From Acidobacteriota bacterium (GTDB lineage Bacteria > Acidobacteriota > Vicinamibacteria > Vicinamibacterales > JAKQTR01): a stretch of DNA of 64,000 bases. Shown piece after piece: positions 63,108 through 64,000 of this stretch. The stretch covers positions 4,479-68,478 of the forward strand of contig JBAXOX010000011.1 of NCBI GenBank assembly GCA_037133015.1. The letters run 5' to 3'. The position numbers and the translations under genes are program-made. How positions within the stretch are numbered: position 1 is the stretch's first letter; each line of letters begins with the position of its first letter. Below the pieces are notes generated by a model. That model did no database searches, was not told the origin of the DNA, and worked only from the letters and a program-made list of their open reading frames with translations.

Positions 63108-64000
63108 ATGGCATTGGACATTCGTATCGACCGCCACCTCATCAGAGCTGCGGGCGGCAGCGTGCGCTACCTACTCGCCACGGTAACCGCGCCGCAGGCC
63201 CCGGCCAAGAACAACCGCGACCCGCTCAACGTGGCGCTCGTGCTTGACCGCTCCGGCTCGATGGGCGGCTCCAAGATCAAGCTGGCGCGCGAAGCCGTGC
63301 GCCAGGCGCTGCAGAATCTGCGCCCGGAGGATCGCTTTTCGGTCGTCGTCTACGACGAAGACATCACCACCGTCGTCGAATCGACGCCTGCCTCGGCCGA
63401 GGCGCGACGCAATGCGGTCCAGAAACTCGGCCACATCGACGCTCGAGGCCAGACCGATTTACACGGCGGGTGGCTGGCCGGTTGCGACCAGCTGGCGGGA
63501 CGACTCGCGGCCGACGGCGTAGGCCGGTGTCTCGTCCTGACCGACGGCCTCGCGAATGTCGGCGTCACGGACCGTGACGAGTTGGTCCGCCTGGCTGGCG
63601 CGGCGTTCCGCGAGCGACGGGTTGCGACCAGCACCTTCGGCGTCGGATCCGACTTCGACGAGCGTCTGCTCAACGGAATGGCCGATGCTGCGGGCGGGCA
63701 CTTCTACTTCATCGAGCAGCCCGCGCAGATTCCCGACCTGCTCACGAGCGAACTCGGCGAGTTGCTCGAGGTCGTGGCTCGCGACGCCTGCCTGACGTTG
63801 CAGCTGCCCGACGGCGTCGAGGCCGTACCGCTGGGCGCGTTCGAGTTCCTCAAGACCGACACCGGAATTCGCGTCGGCCTTGGCGACCTGGTCTCGGGCC
63901 AGGAACTTGCCGTGGTCGTCCATCTCAAGTTCCCGGCAGGACACGTTGGCGACACGATCGCGGTGCAAGTCGGCCTCAGCGATCGCGACGGTGTCCTGGC
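63108..64000 (+). CDS. von Willebrand factor type A (VWA) domain protein, 5' part (runs off the window; absent from the ORF track)
   Basis: ATG at 63108 is preceded by GAGGAGG. The frame stays open to base 64000. The MIDAS motif is VALVLDRSGSMGGSKI, with downstream ARGQTDLHGG and LVLTDGLANVG, the conserved T and D of the MIDAS site. Confidence 0.8.
   Translation, partial: MALDIRIDRHLIRAAGGSVRYLLATVTAPQAPAKNNRDPLNVALVLDRSGSMGGSKIKLAREAVRQALQNLRPEDRFSVVVYDEDITTVVESTPASAEARRNAVQKLGHIDARGQTDLHGGWLAGCDQLAGRLAADGVGRCLVLTDGLANVGVTDRDELVRLAGAAFRERRVATSTFGVGSDFDERLLNGMADAAGGHFYFIEQPAQIPDLLTSELGELLEVVARDACLTLQLPDGVEAVPLGAFEFLKTDTGIRVGLGDLVSGQELAVVVHLKFPAGHVGDTIAVQVGLSDRDGVL

Noticed and set aside
1-64000. 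Search for CRISPR arrays, rRNA genes, IS elements, transposases, integrases or prophage genes.
   Set aside because: I saw no regularly spaced direct repeats with unique spacers, no rRNA-like conserved stretches and no DDE, tyrosine or serine recombinase motifs in any frame. The only repeats found are the short arrays and paralogous segments reported above.

Overview
This is a 64-kb, high-GC bacterial chromosomal segment. Most 60-nt lines I hand-counted are roughly 65-75 % G+C. TolB-propeller Ser/Thr kinases, a CarboxypepD_reg-type TonB-dependent receptor and a Sec-type clade II nosZ suggest an Acidobacteriota- or Gemmatimonadota-like soil bacterium, but that is inference only. All calls come from reading the six-frame translations and the DNA by eye; no searches were run.

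Content, left to right:
1. The 3' part of an Opp/Dpp-type peptide ABC importer (2 ATPases, 2 permeases).
2. Two convergent Phd/YefM-PIN toxin-antitoxin pairs.
3. A membrane Ser/Thr kinase with a TolB-like propeller, preceded by a 44-codon upstream ORF.
4. An 11.4-kb co-directional respiratory cluster: GltD-like NAD(P)H flavo-FeS protein, Rieske protein, cytochrome b, pentahaem cytochrome c, nosZ (clade II), nosB, nosD, nosF, nosL, nosY.
5. An alcohol dehydrogenase, an NHL-repeat protein, an alpha/beta hydrolase, an MNT-HEPN pair, adenosine deaminase and an S15 (CocE/NonD) peptidase.
6. A 16.5-kb minus-strand string: TonB-dependent receptor, ~1470-aa M14 peptidase, pxpB, pxpC, an MFS transporter, addB-like and addA-like genes.
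7. tcuA, tcuB and tcuC.
8. An accessory-looking right-hand third. It holds two more kinase paralogs (one with a second homologous uORF), a DUF4143 AAA ATPase, two full copies and one truncated copy of a small lipocalin-like secreted protein behind a conserved repeat-bearing leader, a lower-GC two-gene islet, a kinase 3' remnant next to a low-GC hicBA pair, and a VWA gene that runs off the window and is missing from the ORF track.

I found no rRNA, tRNA, CRISPR array, transposase or integrase.

The most interesting signals:
- The private Rieske/cyt b/multihaem/GltD-like module fused to the nos genes.
- The conserved kinase-mimicking uORFs that overlap the kinase start codons by ATGA.
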